A stretch of DNA of 64,000 nucleotides from an uncultured Gammaproteobacteria bacterium. Lineage in GTDB: Bacteria; Patescibacteriota; Microgenomatia; Levybacterales; GWA1-39-11. The position numbers and the translations under genes are program-made. Under the pieces are notes generated by a model. The model was given only the letters and a program-made list of their open reading frames with translations, was not told where the DNA came from and did not search any database. The stretch is from positions 67,269-131,268 of the forward strand of contig CAYYLC010000001.1 of NCBI GenBank assembly GCA_964472415.1. Reading direction: 5' to 3'. Of the stretch, positions 27,670 through 36,891 are shown piece by piece. Position 1 is the stretch's first letter, and every line of letters starts with the position of its first letter.

Positions 27670-28620
27670 ATGGCTGAAAAGAAACCGAAGAAAACAATCA
27701 CGAAAAAAGACGATAAGCTCTCTCCAGAGGAAATTCGGAGGAGGAAAGAAGAAGTCCTTAAGAGGATCAATGCTGAGATTGGTGATGAAGATGATTTGGA
27801 TACTCCAGTGATCGAGATTCCTGAAAAAGAGCCAGAAATTTCTTCTAGAGAAGTTGAGGTGGTGGAGGATAAAGAGGAGGTCGAAGAGGCTATTCTTCAG
27901 GAAGACGAGAAGATCGGAGAAGATATCGAGGAGGATGAGCCACTTTTGGAATTAAACGAAACAGAGGAAAAGCTCGAAGATAAGAAAGATACAGATGTAC
28001 AAGCAGTTATTGTTGAAGAGGATATTATAGAGGTTGCGCCTGAGGGCGAAGTCGAGAAAGAAGAAGATCATGGCGTTAAGAGTTCATCAAGTTCCCCATT
28101 TTCAGCAGCAGAGTTTGGACTTGCAAATAATCGGAAAAAGGGGAAAAATTTTCTTCTATTTTTTATAGTATTTCTTATAGTTGCTGGAATTTCTGCTCTT
28201 GTATATTATTTTTATTCCACAGGTATTATAGGAGTTTCTGAACGAGAAGAAGTGGCGAGGGTGACTCCGACTGTCGAGCCAACTGCAACGCCGAGCGTTG
28301 TAGCGTTTGAGAGAAGTAGTTTGGCAGTACAGGTTTTGAATGGAAGTGGGACTGCAGGGGTCGCGGGTGATATGCAAACTTTTCTTGAGGAGCAAGGATA
28401 TGAAAATATTGAAGTTGGAAATGCAGAAGACTTTGATTATGAGAATATAACAATTTTGATAAAACCTGAATACGAAGATTCAATAGATGAGATAATGAGC
28501 GATTTCGAGGGCGAGTATGCCGTAAATTCCAAGACTGAGACATTAGCGGATGACAGCGAGTACGATCTTGTTGTGATAGTTGGTGTAGAGGCTGAAGAAC
28601 CAGAAGAGGTAGATGAATAA
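27670..28620 (+). CDS. acidic Glu-rich membrane protein with C-terminal LytR_C domain
   Basis: N-terminal ~150 aa E/D-rich, TM FLLFFIVFLIVAGISALVYYF, then SLAVQVLNGSGTAGVAGDMQTFLEEQGYENIEVGNAED (LytR_C-like). Confidence 0.55.
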   Translation: MAEKKPKKTITKKDDKLSPEEIRRRKEEVLKRINAEIGDEDDLDTPVIEIPEKEPEISSREVEVVEDKEEVEEAILQEDEKIGEDIEEDEPLLELNETEEKLEDKKDTDVQAVIVEEDIIEVAPEGEVEKEEDHGVKSSSSSPFSAAEFGLANNRKKGKNFLLFFIVFLIVAGISALVYYFYSTGIIGVSEREEVARVTPTVEPTATPSVVAFERSSLAVQVLNGSGTAGVAGDMQTFLEEQGYENIEVGNAEDFDYENITILIKPEYEDSIDEIMSDFEGEYAVNSKTETLADDSEYDLVVIVGVEAEEPEEVDE

Positions 28621-29473
28621 GAAGGGTCTTTCGTATAGAAAACTTCACGAGAAGTGGTCAGAATTGCAAAAAGAACAACAGAAGAAGATAATAGATACTC
28701 ATAAGGAAGCATTTGATCATATTTCTCAAAATTCTAAACAGTATGCGATTGGAGCGATTAGCGGCTTGATGCTTTTAGGATACCCGTTAAATCCCCAATT
28801 GGACTCAGGTGCGCAAATCGCAAAATACGAAAAAGTAAATAAGAACTTATTTCTCGTTTCCGATTTAGAGGATTTACTTCCTGATGATATTAGAGTTCTT
28901 ACTGATGATGAAAACATACAGATTACGAGAAAGTTGAGCGATTTTTATGGCATGGATATTCAGTATGAGCTTGAGAGTAAGCGCTTGAATAGAACATATG
29001 GCTATATTGGTGCAGAGCAGCATTTAATGCGATATCCGGGAGACACAGAGGCTACTCATTTCCAGACAGCAGAAGAAGCCGAAGAGTTTATGTCATCAGG
29101 GCTTGCGCCAGGGAGGGGTGCGTGGGGATATTTCGCAAATTCGGCTCATGCATTAACTCAAGAAGATATTGAGCGGGAAAAATACTATATTGCTGTTCAA
29201 ACGTTTTTGGCGCCTGATTATATGAGCCGTGTTGGGGAATATAGAGATTTCTTTAAATATCGAAAGATGCTTCTCGTAAATCCGCATAATGGCCGTTCAA
29301 TTGTAGTTGTAATTGGGGATGCGGGGCCTGGGAAATCGACTGGGAAGCATTTGGGTGGATCTCCTGAAGTAATGCGACATTTGGAGCGATATGATGGTGG
29401 TCAGAAAGGGCCTGTTTTGTTTTATTTTATAAATGATCCTGAAGATAAAATTCCGTTGGGGCCGCTAGAATAA
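28613..29473 (+). CDS. RlpA-like double-psi beta-barrel protein
   Basis: C-terminal VNPHNGRSIVVVIGDAGPGKSTGKHLGGSPEVMRHL resembles the RlpA/DPBB signature (N..NG.SV.V.vnDRGP...R.iDLS..A...L); GAWGYFANSAHAL upstream resembles the first psi-loop. Confidence 0.45.
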   Translation: MNKKGLSYRKLHEKWSELQKEQQKKIIDTHKEAFDHISQNSKQYAIGAISGLMLLGYPLNPQLDSGAQIAKYEKVNKNLFLVSDLEDLLPDDIRVLTDDENIQITRKLSDFYGMDIQYELESKRLNRTYGYIGAEQHLMRYPGDTEATHFQTAEEAEEFMSSGLAPGRGAWGYFANSAHALTQEDIEREKYYIAVQTFLAPDYMSRVGEYRDFFKYRKMLLVNPHNGRSIVVVIGDAGPGKSTGKHLGGSPEVMRHLERYDGGQKGPVLFYFINDPEDKIPLGPLE

Positions 29474-29475
29474 TT

Positions 29476-29802
29476 ATGAAAGATAAATTTTATAGTCATA
29501 TTTTACACATAGAGCCAGTATATGAGAAGTTTTTAGAGATTGAGGTTGATCATGCTGAAAAAGAAGAGCTCTTGTATCTCCTTCATTCTCACATTCATTT
29601 TACGGTTATTGATGTGATTTTGTCTGAGCTTTCTAGTGACAAGAAGAAGGAATTTTTATACTTGATTGTTATTCAGGAAGACCATGTTGGTGCGTGGGAT
29701 TTTGTGTTGACAAATATTTCGGATGGTGAGGAAAGATTACGGAGTGTAGCTTGTGGTATTGTTGAGGACTTTGTGAAAGATTTAGAAGATCATATTGAAT
29801 AA
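29476..29802 (+). CDS. hypothetical acidic, His-rich protein (108 aa)
   Basis: ORF only; the 2-nt gap to the upstream gene suggests an operon. Confidence 0.35.
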   Translation: MKDKFYSHILHIEPVYEKFLEIEVDHAEKEELLYLLHSHIHFTVIDVILSELSSDKKKEFLYLIVIQEDHVGAWDFVLTNISDGEERLRSVACGIVEDFVKDLEDHIE

Positions 29803-29828
29803 TTTTTTTCCTCATAAAAAACTTCTAT

Positions 29829-30245
29829 TTGTGGTACAGTGATATTATGAGCCGGAGGAGACGAATCGAAGTGCAAACGAAAGAAGAAAAGCAGCATAAA
29901 AAAGAAGAGCAAATAGATGCACAGTGGAGCATTAAGCGAGTCATAATTTTTCTAACGATTGTGGGCATAGGAATACTCTTGCTGTATATGTTCGTGGAGA
30001 GTAGGGTCGGAAAAGTTTTGGGCGAGCAAGATGCGCGTGAAAATATTTCTCCACAGATTGAGTTACTGAAGGGAGATGATGTAGAGAGGATTATTCAGGA
30101 TGCTGAGCAGAGCGTTTCAAATATTGATGCACAAAATATAATAGCATCGCAACCTCAGATTCAGCGTGCAATTGAGCAGTTAGAAAAATTAACAAATGAA
30201 GATCACTTTAGGGATGTCTTTTGTTCATCAGTGTGTGGAAAATAG
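29829..30245 (+). CDS. hypothetical bitopic membrane protein (basic N-terminus, TM, helical ectodomain)
   Basis: RRRR N-terminus, TM VIIFLTIVGIGILLLYMFV; a possible alternative start at 29847 (MSRRRR) was noted but not checked by codon. Confidence 0.35.
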   Translation: MWYSDIMSRRRRIEVQTKEEKQHKKEEQIDAQWSIKRVIIFLTIVGIGILLLYMFVESRVGKVLGEQDARENISPQIELLKGDDVERIIQDAEQSVSNIDAQNIIASQPQIQRAIEQLEKLTNEDHFRDVFCSSVCGK

Positions 30246-30285
30246 TTCTTGCTTTTTAATCTCGGACATAATTAAGATAAAATAG

Positions 30286-31551
30286 ATGTCTATAACAGAT
30301 GTAGCACAGTTAAGTGATCGGAAGATAATACGAGTTCTTGTTTCTTCCCCGAAAGGTCGGAGCGAATTCTTCAAAAAAATTCCTGTAAAACGCCAAGGAT
30401 ATATTCTCCTCATGCTTTCTCCTCGAATTCAGCGTGATATTCTCAAAAAAATTTCTGACAGCGAAGTAATTAGTCTTTTGAATCCGTTAGATCCGGATAA
30501 GGCAGCAGATATTGTTCGACTCCTTCAAGATTCTCGTGCAGAAAAAATTGCAAATAAATTGAGTGAAAGCCTGAAAGAAAAAGTACAATTTCTCCTAAAA
30601 TTTAATCCCAAAGCAGCTGCTGGTTTGATGAATTTAAATTATGTTATTTTTCCAAAAAATACCAAGATAGATAAGATTATAAATGAGGTTACAGATTATG
30701 AAGAAAAAACAAGTAAATTCCCTGCGATTCTTATTGTAGAAGGGGGAAAGCTGCTTGGAGAGATACCTGGTTCACAGCTTGCACTTCATAGGAGTAATGA
30801 AATTCAAGATAAGCAAATTCGAAAAATTCCTTCGATTCGATATGATAGTGAGGTAGATAAAGTTGTGCGATCTTTTATTCGGCATCCACGAAATAAAGTT
30901 GTGGTGATGGATAATGATGATAGCATTTTAGGTATTATTCATTCCAATGATATCTTGCGTCTTATGGATAAGCATGCGATGCGAGATCTGTATGGATTTG
31001 CCGGAGTCGATACTGAGGAGAGTGCGCTTGATTCTCCCCTTACAAAAGTAAAATTCCGCTATAAGTGGCTTATTATTAATCTTGGAACTGCCTTCTTCGC
31101 AGCGTCAGTTGTGGGATTATTTGAGACGACAATCTCTGAATTTACCTTACTTGCTGTATACATGCCAATAGTAGCTGGAATGGGAGGAAATGCAGGAACT
31201 CAAGCACTCGCAGTCGCAGTCCGAGGTTTGGTTCTGAAAGAAATAGCATTGAAAACTGGGAAAAAACTTATCTGGAATGAAATGGTTAGCGGAGCGATGA
31301 ATGGGTTGATCAATGGTGTGATTGTGGCAGGTATTGCGACATTTATTAACCAAAGTCCTGCTTTGGGGCTTGTTCTTGCAGTCGCGATGGTGATAAACCT
31401 TATCGTAGCAGGATTTTTTGGAGCACTTGTTCCTATGATTATGAAGTCGCTCGGAAAAGATCCTGCCTCATCAGCCACAATATTTATTACAACTGCTACT
31501 GATGTTATTGGATTTTTCGTATTCCTCGGACTTGCAAGCCTCATCCTCTAA
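30286..31551 (+). CDS. mgtE: magnesium transporter MgtE
   Basis: MgtE-N domain, CBS pair, C-terminal membrane domain with MPIVAGMGGNAGTQALAVAVRGL. Confidence 0.9.
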   Translation: MSITDVAQLSDRKIIRVLVSSPKGRSEFFKKIPVKRQGYILLMLSPRIQRDILKKISDSEVISLLNPLDPDKAADIVRLLQDSRAEKIANKLSESLKEKVQFLLKFNPKAAAGLMNLNYVIFPKNTKIDKIINEVTDYEEKTSKFPAILIVEGGKLLGEIPGSQLALHRSNEIQDKQIRKIPSIRYDSEVDKVVRSFIRHPRNKVVVMDNDDSILGIIHSNDILRLMDKHAMRDLYGFAGVDTEESALDSPLTKVKFRYKWLIINLGTAFFAASVVGLFETTISEFTLLAVYMPIVAGMGGNAGTQALAVAVRGLVLKEIALKTGKKLIWNEMVSGAMNGLINGVIVAGIATFINQSPALGLVLAVAMVINLIVAGFFGALVPMIMKSLGKDPASSATIFITTATDVIGFFVFLGLASLIL

Positions 31552-31594
31552 ATTTTTCGCAAGAAATTATTTATTCTGATACAATTGCCTCATT

Positions 31595-32599
31595 ATGCAA
31601 GACAAAAACGAAAGGGCAGAACTTCTTCTCAAAAAACTAGATCTAGAGAATAAAAAGTTTCGTTTTAAAGAAATTGAGACGATGTCTACAGATCCGGAAT
31701 TTTGGAAAGATACCACAAGGGCAGCATCTCTGATGAAGGAAATGGGAAGGATTCAGAAGGAGATAGAAACAGCAAAAAAAATTCAGGAAATGATCGATAC
31801 TGGTTTGGTTGAAGGGTTAGATGAGTTGGTTTCTGAGATTGAAAAAAATGTCTACTTTTCAGGAAGATTTGATAAAGGGAGTGCGATAGTATCTATTCAC
31901 GCTGGACAGGGGGGTGTAGATGCGATGGATTGGGCACAAATGCTGTTTCGGATGTATCAGCGCTATTTTGAAAAAAAAGGATTTCGAGTAGAGATTATTG
32001 ACGAAAGTAAAGGAGAAGAGGCTGGGATTAAGAGTGTTGTGATGATTGTGGAGGGGGATTTTGTTTATGGATATTTGAAGCAGGAAAGCGGGACACACCG
32101 GCTTGTTAGACTTTCACCATTCAATTCAGACAATCTTAGGCATACATCCTTTGCTCTTGTTGAAGTGTTACCATATGAAGGAGATGAAAGTGAAATTATA
32201 ATAAGAGACGATGATATAGAATGGGATTTTTATCGGGCTTCTTCTCAAGGAGGACAAAATGTGCAGAAGGTCTCGAGTGCAGTTCGACTTACGCATAAGC
32301 CAACTGGGATTGTAGTAACATGTCAAACAGAGAGATATCAAAACCAAAATAGAGAATATGCTATGAAAATCCTTAAATCAAAGCTCGCGATTTTAGAAGA
32401 AGAGAAAAAGAAAGCTGAAGAGCAAAAATTAAAAGGAGAGTATAAAAGTGCTTCATGGGGAAATCAAATTAGGAATTATGTGCTACATCCTTATAAGCTT
32501 GTTAAGGATACGAGAACAAAGGTAGAGACCTCTGATGTAGAAGGTGTTCTCGATGGAAATATTGATATATTTATTGAGGCTGAGTTGAAGGTGGAGTGA
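31595..32599 (+). CDS. prfB: peptide chain release factor 2, single uninterrupted ORF
   Basis: SPF tripeptide (RLSPFNS) and GGQ motif (SQGGQNVQKVSSAVRLTH); no room upstream for a frameshift leader. Confidence 0.9.
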   Translation: MQDKNERAELLLKKLDLENKKFRFKEIETMSTDPEFWKDTTRAASLMKEMGRIQKEIETAKKIQEMIDTGLVEGLDELVSEIEKNVYFSGRFDKGSAIVSIHAGQGGVDAMDWAQMLFRMYQRYFEKKGFRVEIIDESKGEEAGIKSVVMIVEGDFVYGYLKQESGTHRLVRLSPFNSDNLRHTSFALVEVLPYEGDESEIIIRDDDIEWDFYRASSQGGQNVQKVSSAVRLTHKPTGIVVTCQTERYQNQNREYAMKILKSKLAILEEEKKKAEEQKLKGEYKSASWGNQIRNYVLHPYKLVKDTRTKVETSDVEGVLDGNIDIFIEAELKVE

Positions 32600-32639
32600 A
32601 TTCTTGTAAAAAAAAGTGATTTGTGATTTACTGTAATCT

Positions 32640-33131
32640 ATGGAAAATAGAACTATTTCCCCAAATAGAAAGATCATGCATTCGCTAGACGATACTGATA
32701 GAAAGAAAAAAAGTGGTTTATTTGGGAAATCTACCAATCTTGTCTCAATACTCCTTATCCTCGCGCTTGGTATTGGAAGCGGGTTTCTTATCGCGCAAAT
32801 CACTATCGCAACTGGAGTTACAAGTAAGCCTGTGCAAGTCAATGAGCTGAGTGAAGATGCACAGATAGAGAAAGGACTTATAGTAGGGGCAGATGATAAG
32901 CGCCAGTTTCCTGATGAGGCAGAGGGGGTGTTAGAAGAAGGGGGAATTGAGGGTGAAGGAACTCATCACCTCGTACGTCCTGGAGGAGAATCTCAAAGCG
33001 TATATCTGACTTCTTCAAACGTTGACCTCGGTAGATTTGTCGGGAGGACAGTAAAGGTTAATGGGAAAACATTTGATGCAGAGAAGGCTGGGTGGCTTAT
33101 GGATGTTGGTCAGCTTGAGGTTCTTAAGTAA
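32640..33131 (+). CDS. hypothetical membrane-anchored protein
   Basis: TM LVSILLILALGIGSGFLIAQI then a soluble Gly/Glu-rich domain. Confidence 0.35.
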   Translation: MENRTISPNRKIMHSLDDTDRKKKSGLFGKSTNLVSILLILALGIGSGFLIAQITIATGVTSKPVQVNELSEDAQIEKGLIVGADDKRQFPDEAEGVLEEGGIEGEGTHHLVRPGGESQSVYLTSSNVDLGRFVGRTVKVNGKTFDAEKAGWLMDVGQLEVLK

Positions 33132-33176
33132 TCTGCTCTTTTATGAATTTATTTCGTTGGCAATTTTTGATTTTAA

Positions 33177-33944
33177 ATGATTAGATTTCAGAACGTTTCC
33201 AAAACTTACTACAATTCCAAAGCACTTGATAATTTGAGTTTTCATGTCGAGCAGGGGAAGCTTGTGCTTCTTGTAGGTCCTACTGGTTCTGGAAAAACGA
33301 CGATTTTTCGTCTTATTATACGAGATCTAGACCCTACGGAAGGAGAGATAAGTATTGGGGAAATTGATGTACATAAATTGCATAAGTCTAAAATTCGTCA
33401 TCTGAGACGAAAAGTGGGAGTTGTTTTTCAAGATTTGAAATTATTGTTCGATAGAACTGTTGTAGAAAATGTTATGCTGCCATTAGAATTTTCCGGAGTT
33501 TCTGAGAAAGAAGCAAGAAAGCGCGCTGAAGAGGTGCTTTCAGAAGTTGGTCTTTCGAAGAAAATTGAACATTTTCCACTGCAGCTTTCTGGAGGAGAGC
33601 GTCAAAGAGTCGCGATTGCTCGTGCACTTGTCTTTAATCCTGAGGTGATTCTTGCAGATGAGCCGACGGGAAATTTGGATTTGAATACCTCAATGCAGAT
33701 TTTTGAATTACTAGAAAGAATAAATCAGCGTGGGACGACTATCTTTATGGCAACGCACAACGATCATATAATAGATAAATCAGGATATCGGGTACTCCAT
33801 ATTGAAAATGGATTTTTGAAATCAGACAAAAAATCAACTCAAAAAGAGGCAAAAAAAAATGAGGATCCAGAAAAAGGAGTTGAGAAGAATGATGCAGGAA
33901 AGAGTGAAAAAAAAGTAGACCTTGAATCATTGAAGCAAAAATAA
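33177..33944 (+). CDS. ftsE: cell division ATP-binding protein FtsE
   Basis: Walker A GPTGSGKTT, ABC signature LSGGERQR, Walker B ILADEPTGNLD; adjacent to ftsX. Confidence 0.85.
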   Translation: MIRFQNVSKTYYNSKALDNLSFHVEQGKLVLLVGPTGSGKTTIFRLIIRDLDPTEGEISIGEIDVHKLHKSKIRHLRRKVGVVFQDLKLLFDRTVVENVMLPLEFSGVSEKEARKRAEEVLSEVGLSKKIEHFPLQLSGGERQRVAIARALVFNPEVILADEPTGNLDLNTSMQIFELLERINQRGTTIFMATHNDHIIDKSGYRVLHIENGFLKSDKKSTQKEAKKNEDPEKGVEKNDAGKSEKKVDLESLKQK

Positions 33945-33947
33945 TTT

Positions 33948-34811
33948 ATGTATTTACGAACAGTTGCACGATATATTAGGCGTTCTCCGTATCAGGCGGT
34001 TGCAGCAATCCTGATTATGGGTCTTACGTTTTTAACGGTTTCAGTGTTTGCGATTATAACGATTTTATCAATTCGGATTATTGACTATTTTGAATCGAGG
34101 CCGCAGATTAGTGTTTTTTTTGAACCAGAAACTCCTCAAGAAAAGATTGAGAGCGCGCGTCAGCAAATTGAAGCGACAGGGAAAACTTCTGAGATTAAGT
34201 TTATCTCGCAAGAAGAAGCGTTGGTGATTTATCGAGAGTTTAATAAGGATGAGCCTTTGCTTGTTGAGTTGGTATCTGCAGATATTTTGCCACCATCACT
34301 GGATGTGAAAGCGGATGTTGTGACTGATTTACCAGAGCTTGCACAAATTGCACAAGAGTCTGAAGGGGTTGATCGAGTGATATTCCAGCAGGATATCGTG
34401 GACACACTGAGCCAGTGGACGAACGCATTTCGACAGGTTGGCCTATTCATCATTTTTGTTCTAACTGTTGTTTCGATTTTTGTAATCTTAACTATTATCG
34501 GGATTAAGATTACAATTCGGCGGGGAGAAATAGAGATTATGAAGCTTATTGGTGCATCAGACTGGTTTATTCGTACGCCGTTTATTCTAGAAGGAGTGTT
34601 CTATTCTGTTTTTGGGGCGCTGATAGGGTGGGGAGTATCATATGCTGCATTAATGACTTTTGGTCAGGCAGGATTGCAGGCATATTTTTCAGGTGTTCCT
34701 ATTTTAATAGAGCCTGTGCATATGCTTATAGTGCTTGGAATTGAGGTAATTGCTGCAATACTCCTCGGAGCATTCGCAAGTTTTCTTGCAGTACTGCGGT
34801 ATCTGAAATAA
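33948..34811 (+). CDS. ftsX: cell division permease-like protein FtsX
   Basis: N-terminal TM, large extracellular loop, three C-terminal TMs; placed immediately after ftsE. Confidence 0.8.
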   Translation: MYLRTVARYIRRSPYQAVAAILIMGLTFLTVSVFAIITILSIRIIDYFESRPQISVFFEPETPQEKIESARQQIEATGKTSEIKFISQEEALVIYREFNKDEPLLVELVSADILPPSLDVKADVVTDLPELAQIAQESEGVDRVIFQQDIVDTLSQWTNAFRQVGLFIIFVLTVVSIFVILTIIGIKITIRRGEIEIMKLIGASDWFIRTPFILEGVFYSVFGALIGWGVSYAALMTFGQAGLQAYFSGVPILIEPVHMLIVLGIEVIAAILLGAFASFLAVLRYLK

Positions 34812-34820
34812 ACTGTTTTT

Positions 34821-36053
34821 ATGAAGTTTACATTTCGACACATACTCAGTAGTTTTTTTCTCGCTTTTTTGTTTATTTTTGTTGCAAATTCTGTTATGGG
34901 GCAAACACTTACCCCTACGCCTACGGAAGAGCAGGAGAATAAAGATGATGATGAGAAGGATAAGCAATCAAATTTAGAGGATATTCAGAAGAAGATTAGT
35001 GAATACGAAAAAAAAGTAACAGAGCTTCAGAATGAAGCAAAAAGTCTCTCTTCCCAAATTCAAATCGTAGATAGTCAGATTTCACTTGCAGAATTAAGAA
35101 TTCAAGAGACTGAAGAAAAGCTTGATAATCTCCAGAAAGATATAGACATTACAGAAGATAAGATTTATAACCTTGAAGGAAATCTTGAAGGTATTTCTAA
35201 GGCGCTTTTGAATCGGATTGTAGGATCTTATAAATATGGAGAAGTAGAGCCGTGGGAAGTTTTGTTTACGTCTAAAAATATTGAAGATTTTTTTACGAGG
35301 ATTAAGTATCTTAAAATTGTCCAGCATTATGATCAGAAAAATATGTTGGAAGCTGAGCAGTCTAAGGTAAGCTATGCGAATCAGCAAGATATTCTCGTAG
35401 AAAAGCAGGAAGAGGCAGAGGCTCTGCATGATCAGCTTGATAGCTATAACCAGCAGCTTGAAACAGAGCGTGCAGCAAAAGATCATCTTTTGGCAGAGAC
35501 TCGAGGGAGTGAGGTAGTATATCAAGGCTTACTTGCTGAGGCGCGTGCAGAATACGCATCTATTCAAGGAATTATTGCGGGACGTGGAACTGAAGTGAAA
35601 GTTGGTTCGGTAAGCGAAGGAGATAGGATTGCCTCAATTATTCAGGGTGCTTCTTGTAATTCTTCGGGAACGCATTTGCATTTTATCGTAAGTTCTGGTG
35701 GTTCATCGCGAAATCCATTGAGCTATCTTTCATCGATTAGTCATGTAAATTATACTGGTGGAGATCCCTTTAATCCGTCTGGATCATGGCGCTGGCCAAT
35801 AGCAGAGACTATCCAATACAATCAAGGATACGGTGAAACTTGGGCGGTAAGAAATACTTGGGTAGGAAGTGTGTATAGATTTCATGACGGTATTGATATC
35901 GGGACAAATGGATCACAAACAGTACGCGCTGTAAAAGACGGAGCTCTTTATCAAGGAAGTTACGCTGGTTCTGGAGGATGCAGGTTGCGCTATGTAAGAG
36001 TTGCTCATGATGAAGGTGGATATGATACGTTTTATTTGCATGTAAATTATTAA
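34821..36053 (+). CDS. coiled-coil M23 (LytM) metallopeptidase, EnvC/PcsB-like partner of FtsEX
   Basis: Signal anchor, ~200-aa coiled coil, then GTHLHFIV..NP and later FHDGIDIG...FYLHV; the motif order appears permuted. Confidence 0.7.
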   Translation: MKFTFRHILSSFFLAFLFIFVANSVMGQTLTPTPTEEQENKDDDEKDKQSNLEDIQKKISEYEKKVTELQNEAKSLSSQIQIVDSQISLAELRIQETEEKLDNLQKDIDITEDKIYNLEGNLEGISKALLNRIVGSYKYGEVEPWEVLFTSKNIEDFFTRIKYLKIVQHYDQKNMLEAEQSKVSYANQQDILVEKQEEAEALHDQLDSYNQQLETERAAKDHLLAETRGSEVVYQGLLAEARAEYASIQGIIAGRGTEVKVGSVSEGDRIASIIQGASCNSSGTHLHFIVSSGGSSRNPLSYLSSISHVNYTGGDPFNPSGSWRWPIAETIQYNQGYGETWAVRNTWVGSVYRFHDGIDIGTNGSQTVRAVKDGALYQGSYAGSGGCRLRYVRVAHDEGGYDTFYLHVNY

Positions 36054-36090
36054 AGGAGTAATTTAATAATAGTGCTGAGTAGATACGTGT

Positions 36091-36891
36091 ATGTATAGAG
36101 GGTTTTTATGGGTAGGATTTATTGTATATTTTCTCCTCCTTCCTGTTAAAAGTTTTGCCCAATCAGTAGTGATTAATGAAATATTTGCAAATCCAGAGAA
36201 TGAAGACGACGAGTTTGTTGAGCTTTATAATATATCAGATGAAGAGAGAGATATCAGTTCTTGGGAGGTTTCTGATTTAGCGAAATCGTATATAATCCCT
36301 GAAGGTAAGATTTCAGGAAAAGGATTTTTCCTCCTTGAGAAGAATTTGACGGGAATTGCGCTAAATAATTCAAGTGAAACTATAACCATAAAAGATAATA
36401 GTGGTAATATTATCCAGGAATTTTCGTATGAAGAGACAATAGAGGAAAAGTCTTGGGCACGGGTCCCTGATGGAACAGGAGAATTTGTTAATAATTCATC
36501 CCCTACAAAACTTTCCGCAAACCTGCATCCTCCTACAAACACTCCGAAACCTACCTATACTCCTAAGCCAATCGCTACTCCAAAACCCACAAAGAAAATT
36601 ACCCCCATGAGAAGTCCTACGCAAATTAACACTATAGATACTTCGCGGCTTGCTACAGGAAAACCATCTCTCACGAAGAAGCCTAGTCGCGTATCAACAA
36701 GCTCTAGTATTGCTCAAAATGTGCAAGGTGTTTCTCGTACTGACAAGAAAGAAGATATGGTTGAAATTCCACAAGATAAAACATCTCCCGCATATTTGTA
36801 TTCTCTAATTACTGGATTTGGGATGCTAATCCTTGCGTGTGCTATACTTCTTTTCAGAAAATTCAAACGTAATGATGAGGAAGATTTTTAA
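36091..36891 (+). CDS. lamin-tail-domain (LTD) protein with Pro/Thr-rich linker and C-terminal TM anchor
   Basis: SVVINEIFANPENEDDEFVELYN..DISSWEV is the LTD signature; TPKP repeats; C-terminal hydrophobic helix plus basic tail. Confidence 0.6.
   Translation: MYRGFLWVGFIVYFLLLPVKSFAQSVVINEIFANPENEDDEFVELYNISDEERDISSWEVSDLAKSYIIPEGKISGKGFFLLEKNLTGIALNNSSETITIKDNSGNIIQEFSYEETIEEKSWARVPDGTGEFVNNSSPTKLSANLHPPTNTPKPTYTPKPIATPKPTKKITPMRSPTQINTIDTSRLATGKPSLTKKPSRVSTSSSIAQNVQGVSRTDKKEDMVEIPQDKTSPAYLYSLITGFGMLILACAILLFRKFKRNDEEDF

Noticed and set aside
28156-28712. Minus-strand ORFs (79, 140, 91 aa) across the LytR_C and RlpA-like genes
   Set aside because: They are Ser/Leu/Gln-rich antisense artefacts of the Glu-rich plus-strand coding sequence.
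31200-31544. 114-aa minus-strand ORF inside mgtE
   Set aside because: It is antisense to the conserved MgtE membrane domain, Ala/Ile/Thr-rich, with no start context.
31552-31700. Programmed +1 frameshift site in prfB
   Set aside because: The gene is a single ORF, and the 43-nt upstream gap leaves no room for a frameshift leader.
35094-35525. 143-aa minus-strand ORF inside the M23 peptidase gene
   Set aside because: It is an antisense translation of the AT-rich coiled-coil region, hydrophobic low complexity.
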